From contig AP026152.1 of assembly GCA_030295235.1 (NCBI GenBank), positions 62,001 through 126,000 of the forward strand: a stretch of 64,000 nt of DNA, given 5' to 3'. Source of the stretch: Fistulifera solaris. Lineage: Eukaryota. The notes beneath the pieces were generated by a model that did not search any database, was not told where the DNA came from, and saw nothing but the letters and a program-made list of their open reading frames with translations. A program made the translations under genes and the position numbers. Every line of letters begins with the position of its first letter. Position 1 is the stretch's first letter. Positions 49,599 to 59,577 of the stretch are shown piece after piece.

Positions 49599-50431
49599 AT
49601 GGGGGATACTCGCATCAAGAAAACACGATTCTCGTTAGACGATAACCTCAATGAAGGCTTCGAAAACCTCACCGTCGAAGACGCTAAGGAAGAAACAAAT
49701 GTATATTCTTTCACATTCGGAAAGAAAACAGAAGAAAACAACGTCCCGCCTCCCACCAAGACTTTTCATCGCGACTTAGTTTGCTTGAATGTTGGGGGAC
49801 TCCGCTATGAAGTCTCTCGGACGACGATGACGCAATACGAAGGTTCCGTGCTAGACAGCTTGGCGAAGACGTGGAACGAAGAAAAGTTCAACAGCGAAAT
49901 CTTCGTGTTCCGCGACGGGAGTTTGTTTGCGTATGTTTTGGATTATCTGCGATCGGGTAAGGTATATTTGCCGTATTCGATTGCGCGGGCCGCTCTGCAA
50001 GAAGAATTCGATCACTTTCAGATTCCTGCGGACATGGAAAAGGTTTATGTGGAAAAGACTACTTCACCATTGATCGACTGACGAAAGAGATCAAAGAGCA
50101 CAAGGACGCGATTGAAGAGAAAGAGAGGACCGTCGCCGCCATCATTGAATCCTATCGTCTAGCACACAACCTTACGGCCTCTGTCATGAAGCATGGGTTT
50201 GATTGGTCCAAGGTGGTGACACCTAGCTTTACTGTTACGCCGGGCATCGACAAGAAACTGCTGCGCGATTGTTTGCTAGCGCAAGGAGTCGAAGTGTATG
50301 GTTACCGGATGGAAAATTTTGAGGCGCGCATTTCATTAGGACCCATTCAAGACGAAACTGGAGGAACTCCCTGCAATGGCGCTTACCGCAAGACGGCTAC
50401 TGGATCGCCATTTCGCTTCTTTGATCCATGA
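49599..50431 (+). CDS. BTB/POZ protein, copy 12 (ESYR subfamily; frameshift in an A-run ~50053)
   Basis: LVCLNVGGLRYEVSRTTM, IFVFRDGSLFAYVLDYLR; downstream frame AAIIESYRL…LLRDCLLAQGV. Confidence 0.83.
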
Positions 50432-51064
50432 TGAATGTGAGAAATTGCGCCCATCCAGGAAAACGCCGGGCATATAGCTCTCCAAATTCCATGATTCATG
50501 ATTGAGAAACCATCACGACTGTTTTCACTCTCCCTTGCTCTACATCGTAGCAGCAGCATTCTTCGATTAAGATAAGAAAATATTTATTTACGCACGTAAT
50601 TCTAGTCAAAGCCTACTTTGTTTGCGCGGCTATGATTATAGGCAATGACGTCGCCGTCTAGTCGTGATTCACACACGTTCCGCGTGACTCCAACAAGGAT
50701 TTTGACGTGAAACGCAAAAATTTGTTGCATTATGCTGCGAACGTCAAAAGCAACGATACAAAGTGCTTCTCCATTATCGTAACAATAAGTTATTTCTTGA
50801 GAGCGCGACTACGACTGTTTTCTCTGTTTCGATACTGGAAGACGAATAAAGTAGAAGCGAGTCCGGTTTTCACGCAAAGGGGCGGCGAGAAGACGTTTCC
50901 TTTGATCATTATTGCAGCTCTCCGTTTCTCTTCAATAACTCGTGTGAGAACGGATCAACAACTTTACTACTCGGCACGACTCAAGAACACACTTGCAAAG
51001 AAACGCATTGTCTCATAAACTCTTGTCGATAAGTTTCGTAAAGCAACAAAGGATCACCAGCAAG

Positions 51065-51787
51065 ATGACATTGACCGCAAATGAAACGTTTCCTACGGAA
51101 CAAGCTCCTGAGATTCCTTCGACTACAGCAAGTGAGAGCCAGTCGAATGATACGCCTGATGTCACGCCGACAACTCCCCGCAGTCCGCGAGAAATCGTCC
51201 GCTTGAACGTGGGAGGCACGCGATACGAAGCATCCCGCAACACTCTGTTGCGGTTTGAGGATTCGATGCTGGCCAGTCTCATTTCCGGCAAATGGAAAGA
51301 AGGAGAAGGCGATGAAGAAATCTTTATCGATCGCGATGGACGTCGTTTCGGGTATATTTTGGAGTATTTGCGCTCCGACCGTGTGCATTTACCGCATTTG
51401 TCGGCCCGGTCTGCTTTGATGGAAGAGTTTGAGTACTTTGGGATTGATGCCGATGAGAGCAAGATTCTGGTCCAGCACGACTTTATGTGTCTCGATCAAC
51501 TCAAGAAAGAAATCATGCTTCATCAAGCCGCTATTGCTGAGAAGGAACGGGAAGTGGCGGCCATTCTGGAATCCTATCGTATGGCCAAGGAATTTTCCGA
51601 GTACGTCAAATCATGGGGATTGAATGTTATGATGCAGATATCGGTGCAGCAGAATGTCGACCGAGAGATGCTTCGTGAATGCTTAATGTCGCGGGGACTT
51701 AAGGTGGACAACTACAAAGTGAAAGAAGATGGAACCGTCATTGCCCATCTTGTTTCGCTGGGGATGTCTGGTCACGCCCGAAAATAA
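51065..51787 (+). CDS. BTB/POZ protein, copy 13 (ESYR subfamily)
   Basis: IVRLNVGGTRYEASRNTL, IFIDRDGRRFGYILEYLR, AILESYRM, MLRECLMSRGL. Confidence 0.9.
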   Translation: MTLTANETFPTEQAPEIPSTTASESQSNDTPDVTPTTPRSPREIVRLNVGGTRYEASRNTLLRFEDSMLASLISGKWKEGEGDEEIFIDRDGRRFGYILEYLRSDRVHLPHLSARSALMEEFEYFGIDADESKILVQHDFMCLDQLKKEIMLHQAAIAEKEREVAAILESYRMAKEFSEYVKSWGLNVMMQISVQQNVDREMLRECLMSRGLKVDNYKVKEDGTVIAHLVSLGMSGHARK

Positions 51788-52095
51788 TAGCAGCTAAAAA
51801 TGCATATTGAAGAAAACTACTCCGTAGCATTTTATCTAGACGGGACTTGTACATGACTAGCCATTCAAGCGTGATACAAAGTTCCGTTCGCAACGAAGAA
51901 GCTTCCACACAAGTTATTAACAGTGGAGCCGCTAAATCGTGGAGATCGAAAAGACCATTCTGCAAGCAGTGACTCAACGGTCGCATCGTGTCAATCTTTT
52001 CATCCATTCTTACATCGAACCGTGGATTTTGCGTATCCATCCTTCATAAAACTGGCTTGTTGTTGCGATCAATAGCAATATACACCCCCACAAGA

Positions 52096-52743
52096 ATGAC
52101 GAAAAGCGCTAGTACAGGTACAAGCAAAATCGTTCGATTGAACGTCGGTGGCACACGACATGATGTTTCTCGCAGTACACTCGAACGATGTGAGGGCTCC
52201 ATGCTGGCAACTTTGATTTCGGATCGTTGGAAAGAAAGCGCCTCCGACAAGAATGAAACTGTTCTCATCGATAGCAGGGGTCATTCCGTTGTAAGTGACA
52301 CGGAGCCTATTTTCATCGATCGCAACGGATTGTTGTTTCAGTACGTGCTCGATTATCTACGTGAGGGTGAAGTTTACTTGCCATCGACTGTAAGCCGTGC
52401 TGCTGTGTTGAAGGAGTTCGATTTCTATGGAATCGATGCGGATACAAGCAAATTGGTTGAGAAGTACGGTGTCGACTACTATCATTCGATAAGAGAGAAA
52501 GCCGAAGCACTCGACAACGAACTGCGCGCCATTCGAATCGCTTCCGAGGCCGAGAGCAAGTTTTGGAAGTCGGCCTCCAGGCATTCTTCTGTCTCTGTAA
52601 CATTGTCTGATGATGACAGGTCCCATATGAACGAAGATTTGGAAACATTGTTACGCGCAAGACTATTTGAAAGGGGGCTAAAACTTGATTCGCAAGTCAC
52701 TTATTTCGTCAATGTCAGCAGAGCAATTTCAAGAGGAAAGTGA
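52096..52743 (+). CDS. BTB/POZ protein, copy 14 (loop insertion in BTB)
   Basis: IVRLNVGGTRHDVSRSTL, IFIDRNGLLFQYVLDYLR, LRARLFERGL. Confidence 0.9.
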   Translation: MTKSASTGTSKIVRLNVGGTRHDVSRSTLERCEGSMLATLISDRWKESASDKNETVLIDSRGHSVVSDTEPIFIDRNGLLFQYVLDYLREGEVYLPSTVSRAAVLKEFDFYGIDADTSKLVEKYGVDYYHSIREKAEALDNELRAIRIASEAESKFWKSASRHSSVSVTLSDDDRSHMNEDLETLLRARLFERGLKLDSQVTYFVNVSRAISRGK

Positions 52744-53274
52744 CAACGCTTGAACAAGACATCGTCCAGTCAGCGGATTTGTGGACGTTGTCGGACCGAG
52801 CGATTCTTGTAGTACTATCCTATAATGTTTGCGCAGTGAGGTAAAGGTAACTTTTGTCGGTGGTGGCCGTCGTCACCATCATTCGATCTTCGTTACTTTA
52901 GAAAAAATCAGCATTTTGGAGCACGTAGATTTATCTGCAGCATCTGAAACTCTCGAAGATCGATAACAGCCTCCATAGTCCACCTGACAATTGGCCATAG
53001 TCGTTCATCGATCATAGTCGTCCTTCGATCGCCTTTATGCCGCGATCTGCGAGCCAACAACCCAGCGTTGAAGCTGTACGTAGCAGGAATGTTTATGCTG
53101 TTGAATAACCCTTAGTTGCGCGGAAAGAAAATTTCAATTCAACGCCCAATCAAATTTGAAGGCTCGACGGATTCGCCACTCGATAACTCTTTCCACGGTC
53201 TTGCGCTCCTGAAAAGCATCTTTTCTCATAAAATCCAGTCCGTTGATTCCATTCTGCTGGCATACAAACGAAAA

Positions 53275-53880
53275 ATAACGAGTAGCAATAACGAAGGCAA
53301 GATCGTTCGACTGAATGTCGGAGGTACACGATACGACGTCTCGCGCGATACGATGGAGCGCTGCGAAGGGTCCATGCTGGCAAGCTTGATATCGAAAGAT
53401 TGGAAAGAACGTAACAGCCCGGAACCTATCTTGATTGACTGCAGCGGGAGATTGTTTGAGTATGTTCTCGAGTATCTGAGAACAAATGAGGTCTACTTGC
53501 CCACTCTTGTGGACCGAACGGCTTTGGAAAAAGAGTTTTCGTTTTATGGCATCGAAGTGGATATGAAGAACGTCCATGAAAGAAACGGTCGAAAATATAT
53601 TGAAGAAATAGCCCCGAGAATCGCATCCGCTCAAAAAGACCTGGACTTGTTAACCGTTGAACGCCTCGCCATTGAAACAGCTGCTTTCGTCGAACTCAAA
53701 TACGTGCAATCAAGACCATACCAAATCAGTTTGCCTGATGAAGTTGATGATTCTGCGCTGCTTCAGAAGTACCCCGAATTTTTCCGTGAACGCTTACTTG
53801 ACAGAGGATTGTTGTTTCAGTCAATCGGAGTGGACAGGAATAAGTCTTGGTATATTAAAGTTCAAAGCGTAGATACTTGA
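53275..53880 (+). CDS. BTB/POZ protein, copy 15; ATA at the expected start position
   Basis: IVRLNVGGTRYDVSRDTM, ILIDCSGRLFEYVLEYLR, FRERLLDRGL; no in-frame ATG before the BTB. Confidence 0.82.
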   Translation: MTSSNNEGKIVRLNVGGTRYDVSRDTMERCEGSMLASLISKDWKERNSPEPILIDCSGRLFEYVLEYLRTNEVYLPTLVDRTALEKEFSFYGIEVDMKNVHERNGRKYIEEIAPRIASAQKDLDLLTVERLAIETAAFVELKYVQSRPYQISLPDEVDDSALLQKYPEFFRERLLDRGLLFQSIGVDRNKSWYIKVQSVDT

Positions 53881-54236
53881 TACACGAAATCACAGAAGGC
53901 AATGTAAAGTACTCTACAAAACACCGAACTGCAAAGAGAGAATAAGCCGCTTCTGTTGAATCATCAATCATCATTAATTCAGCACGCGTTGTAGATTGCT
54001 CGCGGTGTATTTTTATGCTCGTAGCTATCGTTACTTAGAATGAGCGCTCTCGTTTCTCTTCTGTGACGCACATGTATAGAAGATCGATAACATCAAATGG
54101 GATTGCGTTATGGTGTTATTGTGTCGTTGAGCGGCCGTAAAATAGTAAGATCGCCATGGTCATCGTCGTCGAACACGATCCTTGCGGTCGTCGATCTTCG
54201 TCTGCGCTGCCGCCCGTTTCCGAAAATTCGAAGGAA

Positions 54237-54497
54237 AAGCGGCACTCAGTGATTACGTCACTCACGCTTTGTATCCAAGGAAAAGTAGTCTGGAGGGAAA
54301 GTCTGCGTCTCATCGCGTCAGTTTGTGGGACACTTTCTCATTTTCGACGTTTTCGAGGAAACGCCACGTGAAAAATGAAGCAAAACTCTCTCAAAATGAC
54401 GCAAAACAAACGAATAAACTCGGACACCATGAGAATTGCCACGCGACACGCCAGCTCTATCCGCATGTGACAAGTGACAAATACCTTGTCATTGTGA
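54237..54497 (+). repeat. BTB-upstream palindromic element, copy F
   Basis: AAGCGG, TGCGTCTCATCGCGTCAGTTTGTG...CAAAATGACGC, TGACAA-ATACC-TTGTCA; closest to copy D. Confidence 0.9.
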
Positions 54498-55171
54498 GGA
54501 TATTAATGAGACGTAAGACATGCATCCATTATGACGCAAGCTTCCAAATAGATACGCGAGGCCCCGATCTCCATTTTTTACCCTACAAAGTATCGAGACC
54601 TTTGTGAGGCTGGCCGATGCTTCCGTTTGCATCCATTGTGAACACAAACCGTCTCGAAAGCTTCCGCCGAGTCCACAAAAGACTCTTATCATCATCAGAG
54701 CAAATCGAATAAGATCGTGCGCGGCATCAAAACGACGGCGTGAACGACCCGCCAACCGCCACAATCCGACGTCTGTTCTGTAGCAGTATCTTCGAATCAA
54801 TCAAAATTGGCTACAAGTGGAGTTATCAACAACCGACTGTCGGCGCTCCTTATGTCAGCATATTTTTAGAACTGAAACCGATTTGCGGCAATAAAGCAAG
54901 TGACATTGGGAAAGGAACGCGTTCTTGTACGAGTCGTCACACGATTCGCATCCGATGGAAAAACTTCCGATTCCCCGTGATGTTCCGAAGCGCGACTATC
55001 GCGATTTCTTCGATGTAACGGCAAGTACCGTGGTAGCAACTTCGAGGGGAAGGTGACTTGGAATGGTTCGCAAAAGAGAACTCGGATTAATGTTTTACTC
55101 GACGAGACGAATAAGAGTGATTGCATAAAGTTCATAGCAACTCGCTCTCGCCATACGAATCTTTCAAAACA

Positions 55172-55795
55172 ATGACGACGGAAGAAACGAAACCCAAAGT
55201 TGTTCAGCTGGACGTTGGAGGCACGCTTTATAAAGTATCACGGGACACGCTCGAGCGTTGCGAGGGATCGATGCTGGCCAGTTTGATCTCGGATCAATGG
55301 AAGGAAGGAAATACTGACGAACCGATCTTCATTGATCGCAACGGTCGTTTGTTTGAGCATGTACTGGACTATTTGCGCGCCAGCAAAGTGTATTTGCCTT
55401 CGACAGTCAACATCGAGGCGGTGAAAGAGGAGTTTGAGTTTTATGGGATTGACGCCGATATGAGTGAAGTGCACGAAAAGTACGGTCACAAGTATCTACA
55501 CGAGCTTAATGAAAGGATTCGTGTCCAAGAAGAGAGCTTGTACGCATTAAAGGCGGAAGCCCATGCCATTCAAGCGTCCATGATGGTCGAGCATGAATTC
55601 TTCAAAGAGCATGAGACTCCCTACATTCCGGTCCCCGAGGAGTATCGACCAAAGCGTCACACGCGGTGCATTGATTTGCCGGAAGAGTATAGACCCTTTG
55701 ATAAAGAAACGCTGCGCACCTGCTTGCAACAGAGAGGTTTCAAAATGAATCGAGCCGATCGAGACTACGTTTCCGTCGAGGACATGGAAAGCTAG
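55172..55795 (+). CDS. BTB/POZ protein, copy 16
   Basis: VVQLDVGGTLYKVSRDTL, IFIDRNGRLFEHVLDYLR, LRTCLQQRGF. Confidence 0.9.
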   Translation: MTTEETKPKVVQLDVGGTLYKVSRDTLERCEGSMLASLISDQWKEGNTDEPIFIDRNGRLFEHVLDYLRASKVYLPSTVNIEAVKEEFEFYGIDADMSEVHEKYGHKYLHELNERIRVQEESLYALKAEAHAIQASMMVEHEFFKEHETPYIPVPEEYRPKRHTRCIDLPEEYRPFDKETLRTCLQQRGFKMNRADRDYVSVEDMES

Positions 55796-56228
55796 CATGC
55801 GAGAAAAGTAATACCAATTCGCTCGTTCACTTTCTATTTTTTCTCTTGTAGAAATACAGGAGTCCCATTCTCGTGACTGCGCTAATATTGAGAGATGATT
55901 GGTAGACAATAACCATCAACCATCTGCAATCCTACTACGAATTCTTGGCTACGTTAAGCGTCAGGACGCACTTCGAAATTATAAAAAGATCCCGACGAAT
56001 GTCCGCATGTCGCACCGGGCGCCTCCTCTAGAAATCGTATCTTCGCGATGACGAGATCTTTTCGACGAAAATGTTTCGGGCAATTTTTAGGTTTTGGGGA
56101 ATAACAATGTCTGTAAGAGTAAACGCAGCATTTCTCCGTCGTTTTGTAGCGAATACAAAAGATCAAGAACGATTCGAACTGTAGAGAGATACCAGCATTG
56201 AAAGCATAAGGCATTTGCAAGGGACAAG

Positions 56229-56945
56229 ATGGCGCGACGAAAAAACAAATCTATTGCGAAAAGGGCGGCGAAGAAGAACGGTAATAGCCCTCCTCAGACT
56301 TCTCAGAGGGAAGGCGGTAGTCCTCAAGGTGATGAACAAAAACCAACCGTTCGATTGAATGTAGGAGGTATGCGCTATGAAGTAGCTCGAGATACCTTGA
56401 TGTTTTACGAAGATTCGATGCTCGCGAGTCTGGTATCCGGCAGATGGAAGGAAGGCAATGGTGAAGATGAAATCTTCATCGATCGCGACGGACGTCGATT
56501 TGGATTTCTTCTGAATTATCTACGTTCGGATCGAGTTTATCTGTCAGAGTCTTCAGATCAAGCGGCTCTCGAGGATGAATTCGAGTACTTCGGAATCGAT
56601 GCAGATATGAGCAAAGGTTTCATTGAAGAACGACTTTGTGTCTGTGAAAGAGCTCACTCAAGAGATTGAAGAGCACGAAGAATTCATCAAGGAGAAAAAG
56701 AAGAAAATTGCTGCAATAAAGGAATCTTATCGCTTGGCTAGTGACTTTACAAGTCGCACCGACAGCCAAGGTTTATATGTGCGACATAATGTCGGCGTTG
56801 CTATTGACAAAGAAATGCTCCGAGAATGCTTCTTTCTCGAGGATTGTTCGTAGTTTCGTACAATGATGAACAGGCTAAGCAGACAGTCGACATCTGTTTT
56901 ATTTCTTTGAAACACAAATACGCCAAGAAAGCTGGATCTAACTGA
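56229..56945 (+). CDS. BTB/POZ protein, copy 17 (ESYR subfamily; frameshifts ~56615 and ~56833)
   Basis: VRLNVGGMRYEVARDTL, IFIDRDGRRFGFLLNYLR, AAIKESYRL, MLREC..SRGL. Confidence 0.82.
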
Positions 56946-57304
56946 CACTACTTTACCAATACTAGGGAACTAGAATGGATCCTTTTATCTGTGTCGCTAG
57001 CAGGGGGAACAGTGAAATTGTTAGCGCAATCTTTGTTGATCATATTATACCTCTTCGTCCTCTGTGTTTTATCATGACGGAACAATAGAATTCTAGGACA
57101 TCATTCAATGATTAAATCATTGAGTCCAGGATCTTTAGCCAGGCAATCGCTCATAGTTCTAGAAAGGATGGTGCCAAAGAAATTCTAATGGTCATCACAC
57201 ATCTTTCTTTGACGAACATCTCGAAGAAAACTTCATAGAACGAGCCCTTTTGTCAATGCTAGTCGCCACGACTGGACTCCTGTCACGGGCACTGGCCTGT
57301 TAAA

Positions 57305-57400
57305 CCCGTACCAGGTACCGGTACCGGTACCGCACCGGTACTACGTAGTAGCTAGTACCAGGTAGCCCCTGCTGAATGTTGAATGCTGAATGCTGAGAAG
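57305..57400. repeat. Low-complexity GTACCG/GTAC and GAATGCT slippage repeats
   Basis: CCGTACCAGGTACCGGTACCGGTACCGCACCGGTACTACGTAGTAG...CTGAATGTTGAATGCTGAATGCTGA. Confidence 0.75.
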
Positions 57401-57404
57401 CTGC

Positions 57405-57590
57405 TGACGTCATTCACAATCACGCGGTACTCAAAGTGCGGATGCGTTTCTCACTTTTGACGTATTTCGAAGAAAAGCCACGTGAAATGGGGCGGAAAGT
57501 CTCCCAAAATGACACGAAAGTAAAGAAACCATGCGAGCTCTTGTCCGTCTGTGACGACACTTCTTGTCATTGCAATAAGACAAGCTACGT
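57405..57590 (+). repeat. BTB-upstream palindromic element, copy G (internally deleted)
   Basis: TGACGTCA, GCGGTACT, TTTCTCACTTTTGACGT...GCCACGTG...AAAGTCTCCCAAAATGAC, TGACGA..TTGTCATTG, GACAAGCTACG. Confidence 0.82.
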
Positions 57591-58055
57591 GGGACATGGT
57601 GTGCTTGTTGTTGCTACTAGCACCATGGGATTCATCGCTGTTAAAAACTAGTTATTGTCGTGATGGCCTTTGCGATCCACGCTATCCTTGAAAACAGAGA
57701 AACGGCTTTGTTAGACTAAAGAGAGAGTGTGAGAAAGACTCTCGTGCCGCCTTGCCTCTTTCAAAGGAACCCTCTTCGTGCACCTCTTTCACAGCGATAT
57801 ACGATTGCAGCGGAAGTTTCTCATTTTTATGTTCAGACGAGTTTCTTGTTTGAGAAAAAAGTGCATGCGCGCACACGGACGAAAGGGGACGCAACATGTG
57901 TTTGCCCTCTTATTAGTATCGTGTCAGCCTGTCCCAGATTTAGCAGACGTCGACAAATGCTTATGACAGAACCAACGGCCCGACAAGCAATTTTCAGAAA
58001 TTGCGAGGCTCTCTTCGTTCGCTGGTTTCGTTGACCTCACATTGGAAACGCAAGG

Positions 58056-58703
58056 ATGCCACGACGAAAGAAACAAGCGTCTTTGGACGGAAAGACTGAT
58101 AACATAAACACTGGTATCGTCCGTTTGAACGTGGGTGGCACTCGTTATGAGGCAGCACGCTTAATGCGATTTGAGGGATCCATGCTCTCTAATCTCATTT
58201 CGGGCAAATGGAAAGAAGGAAATGGACAAAACGAGATCTTTCTGGATCGCGATGGCAAGTTGTTTGCTTACATCTTGGCGTATTTGCGTTGCAATCGAGT
58301 CTATGTGCCCGACCTCTCCGTTCAATCAGCGCTCCGAGATGAGTTTCAGTACTTTGGTATTGATGCCGACATGAGTAAAGTGTCTGTCACGGACGACTTT
58401 GTGACGATCAACGAGCTCAGCAAAGAGATTAAAAAGTCGGAAAAGGCCAACCTTCAGAAAAAGAAGAAGATTGCTGCCATCAAAGAATCGTATCGTTTGG
58501 TCGGTGAGTTTTCGGTCCTGGCGGAGACGTTAGGTCTGTACTTGCGACATGATATTGACGATAATGTGGACAAGAAGCTACTCCGCGCGTGTCTGCTGTC
58601 GCGGGGACTTCACGTCGTTAGCTACAACACTGATTCGATGCCACATACCGTCGATCTCTGTGTCATTGGATTGAAGGACAAGTTCGATAAAAGTGGCGAG
58701 TAG
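58056..58703 (+). CDS. BTB/POZ protein, copy 18 (ESYR subfamily)
   Basis: IVRLNVGGTRYEAA, IFLDRDGKLFAYILAYLR, AAIKESYRL, LLRACLLSRGL. Confidence 0.89.
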   Translation: MPRRKKQASLDGKTDNINTGIVRLNVGGTRYEAARLMRFEGSMLSNLISGKWKEGNGQNEIFLDRDGKLFAYILAYLRCNRVYVPDLSVQSALRDEFQYFGIDADMSKVSVTDDFVTINELSKEIKKSEKANLQKKKKIAAIKESYRLVGEFSVLAETLGLYLRHDIDDNVDKKLLRACLLSRGLHVVSYNTDSMPHTVDLCVIGLKDKFDKSGE

Positions 58704-58938
58704 GATAATCTATCGAGTAGACAACAAAGCTTTAAGCTGCTCTATTCAGCTTCTTTTATTAACAGTGTCCTTCATAAACTTCCTTCCATTTTAGATGTTT
58801 TGGGACTTCTATGCTATCGAGCAAAGAAAAATCATTTTGCAAATTCTCGGTTATTTTCGAGCAACCTAATCCGGAGTAGGTCTCTCTAGCTCCCTCGCTA
58901 GCTAAACTACACTAAGATTAGGCGTAACTGCGAGTCCC

Positions 58939-59160
58939 AAGCGGTACTGCACTGTCTTGTCAGATGTACTAAATTTCGGAAAGCCTGCGCTGTTTCTCGT
59001 CACTTTGTGTGAGGCTTTCTCGCCATGACGTTTTGGGAAGAAACGCCACGTAAATTTGGCAGAAAAGTCTCCCAAAATGACGCGAAACAAACGCAACAAC
59101 GGACACCATGAGCAAAACCACATACCAGGTAATACAAGTTAATGCCACGCGAGCGTCTCT
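58939..59160 (+). repeat. BTB-upstream palindromic element, copy H
   Basis: AAGCGGTACT; 59014-59113 identical to 40725-40824. Confidence 0.92.
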
Positions 59161-59577
59161 CCAACCTCCCTGACAATAAGAGCTTCAAATGTAAATGTGT
59201 GTGAAGATGAGAGATTCGTCTGTCAAAACGAACGAACCGAGCAGAAAAGGAGAAACGCTGCAATGAAACAATTCACTCAGTCGCTCATGCTGTGCGTGTG
59301 GCTATAGACTAGAGAGGGCAGCTGGATAAAGAGATTTCTACCTGTAACGGCCAAGAAATTAGATGCTGAGACCGGTACTCGCAAGGACCGACTCGGCGGT
59401 TTCGGCGACTGCACCTCTGGGGAGCGCACGATGGAAACGGTTGTGATACATTTTGTCACGTGGACGGATTTCGACTGGAATCACAAAACGAATAAATATC
59501 GAAGAATTGAATTAAGGAACGAAAGGCGTTTGTTGGATGATTCACAAAAGACGCTTGCTTGTCACGGAGCTGGAAGA

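Noticed and set aside
40703..59123. Short ORFs overlapping the element (e.g. 38024, 40703, 42247, 54182, 58902) as a peptide family
   Set aside because: Starts, stops, strand and frame are inconsistent between copies and indels are not in multiples of 3; the similarity comes from the non-coding repeat.
37905..59160. Palindromic element as a true integron attC site
   Set aside because: No RYYYAAC/GTTRRRY core boxes recognised, the elements lie well upstream of the ORFs rather than abutting their 3' ends, and no tyrosine recombinase is in the window; kept only as an architectural analogy.
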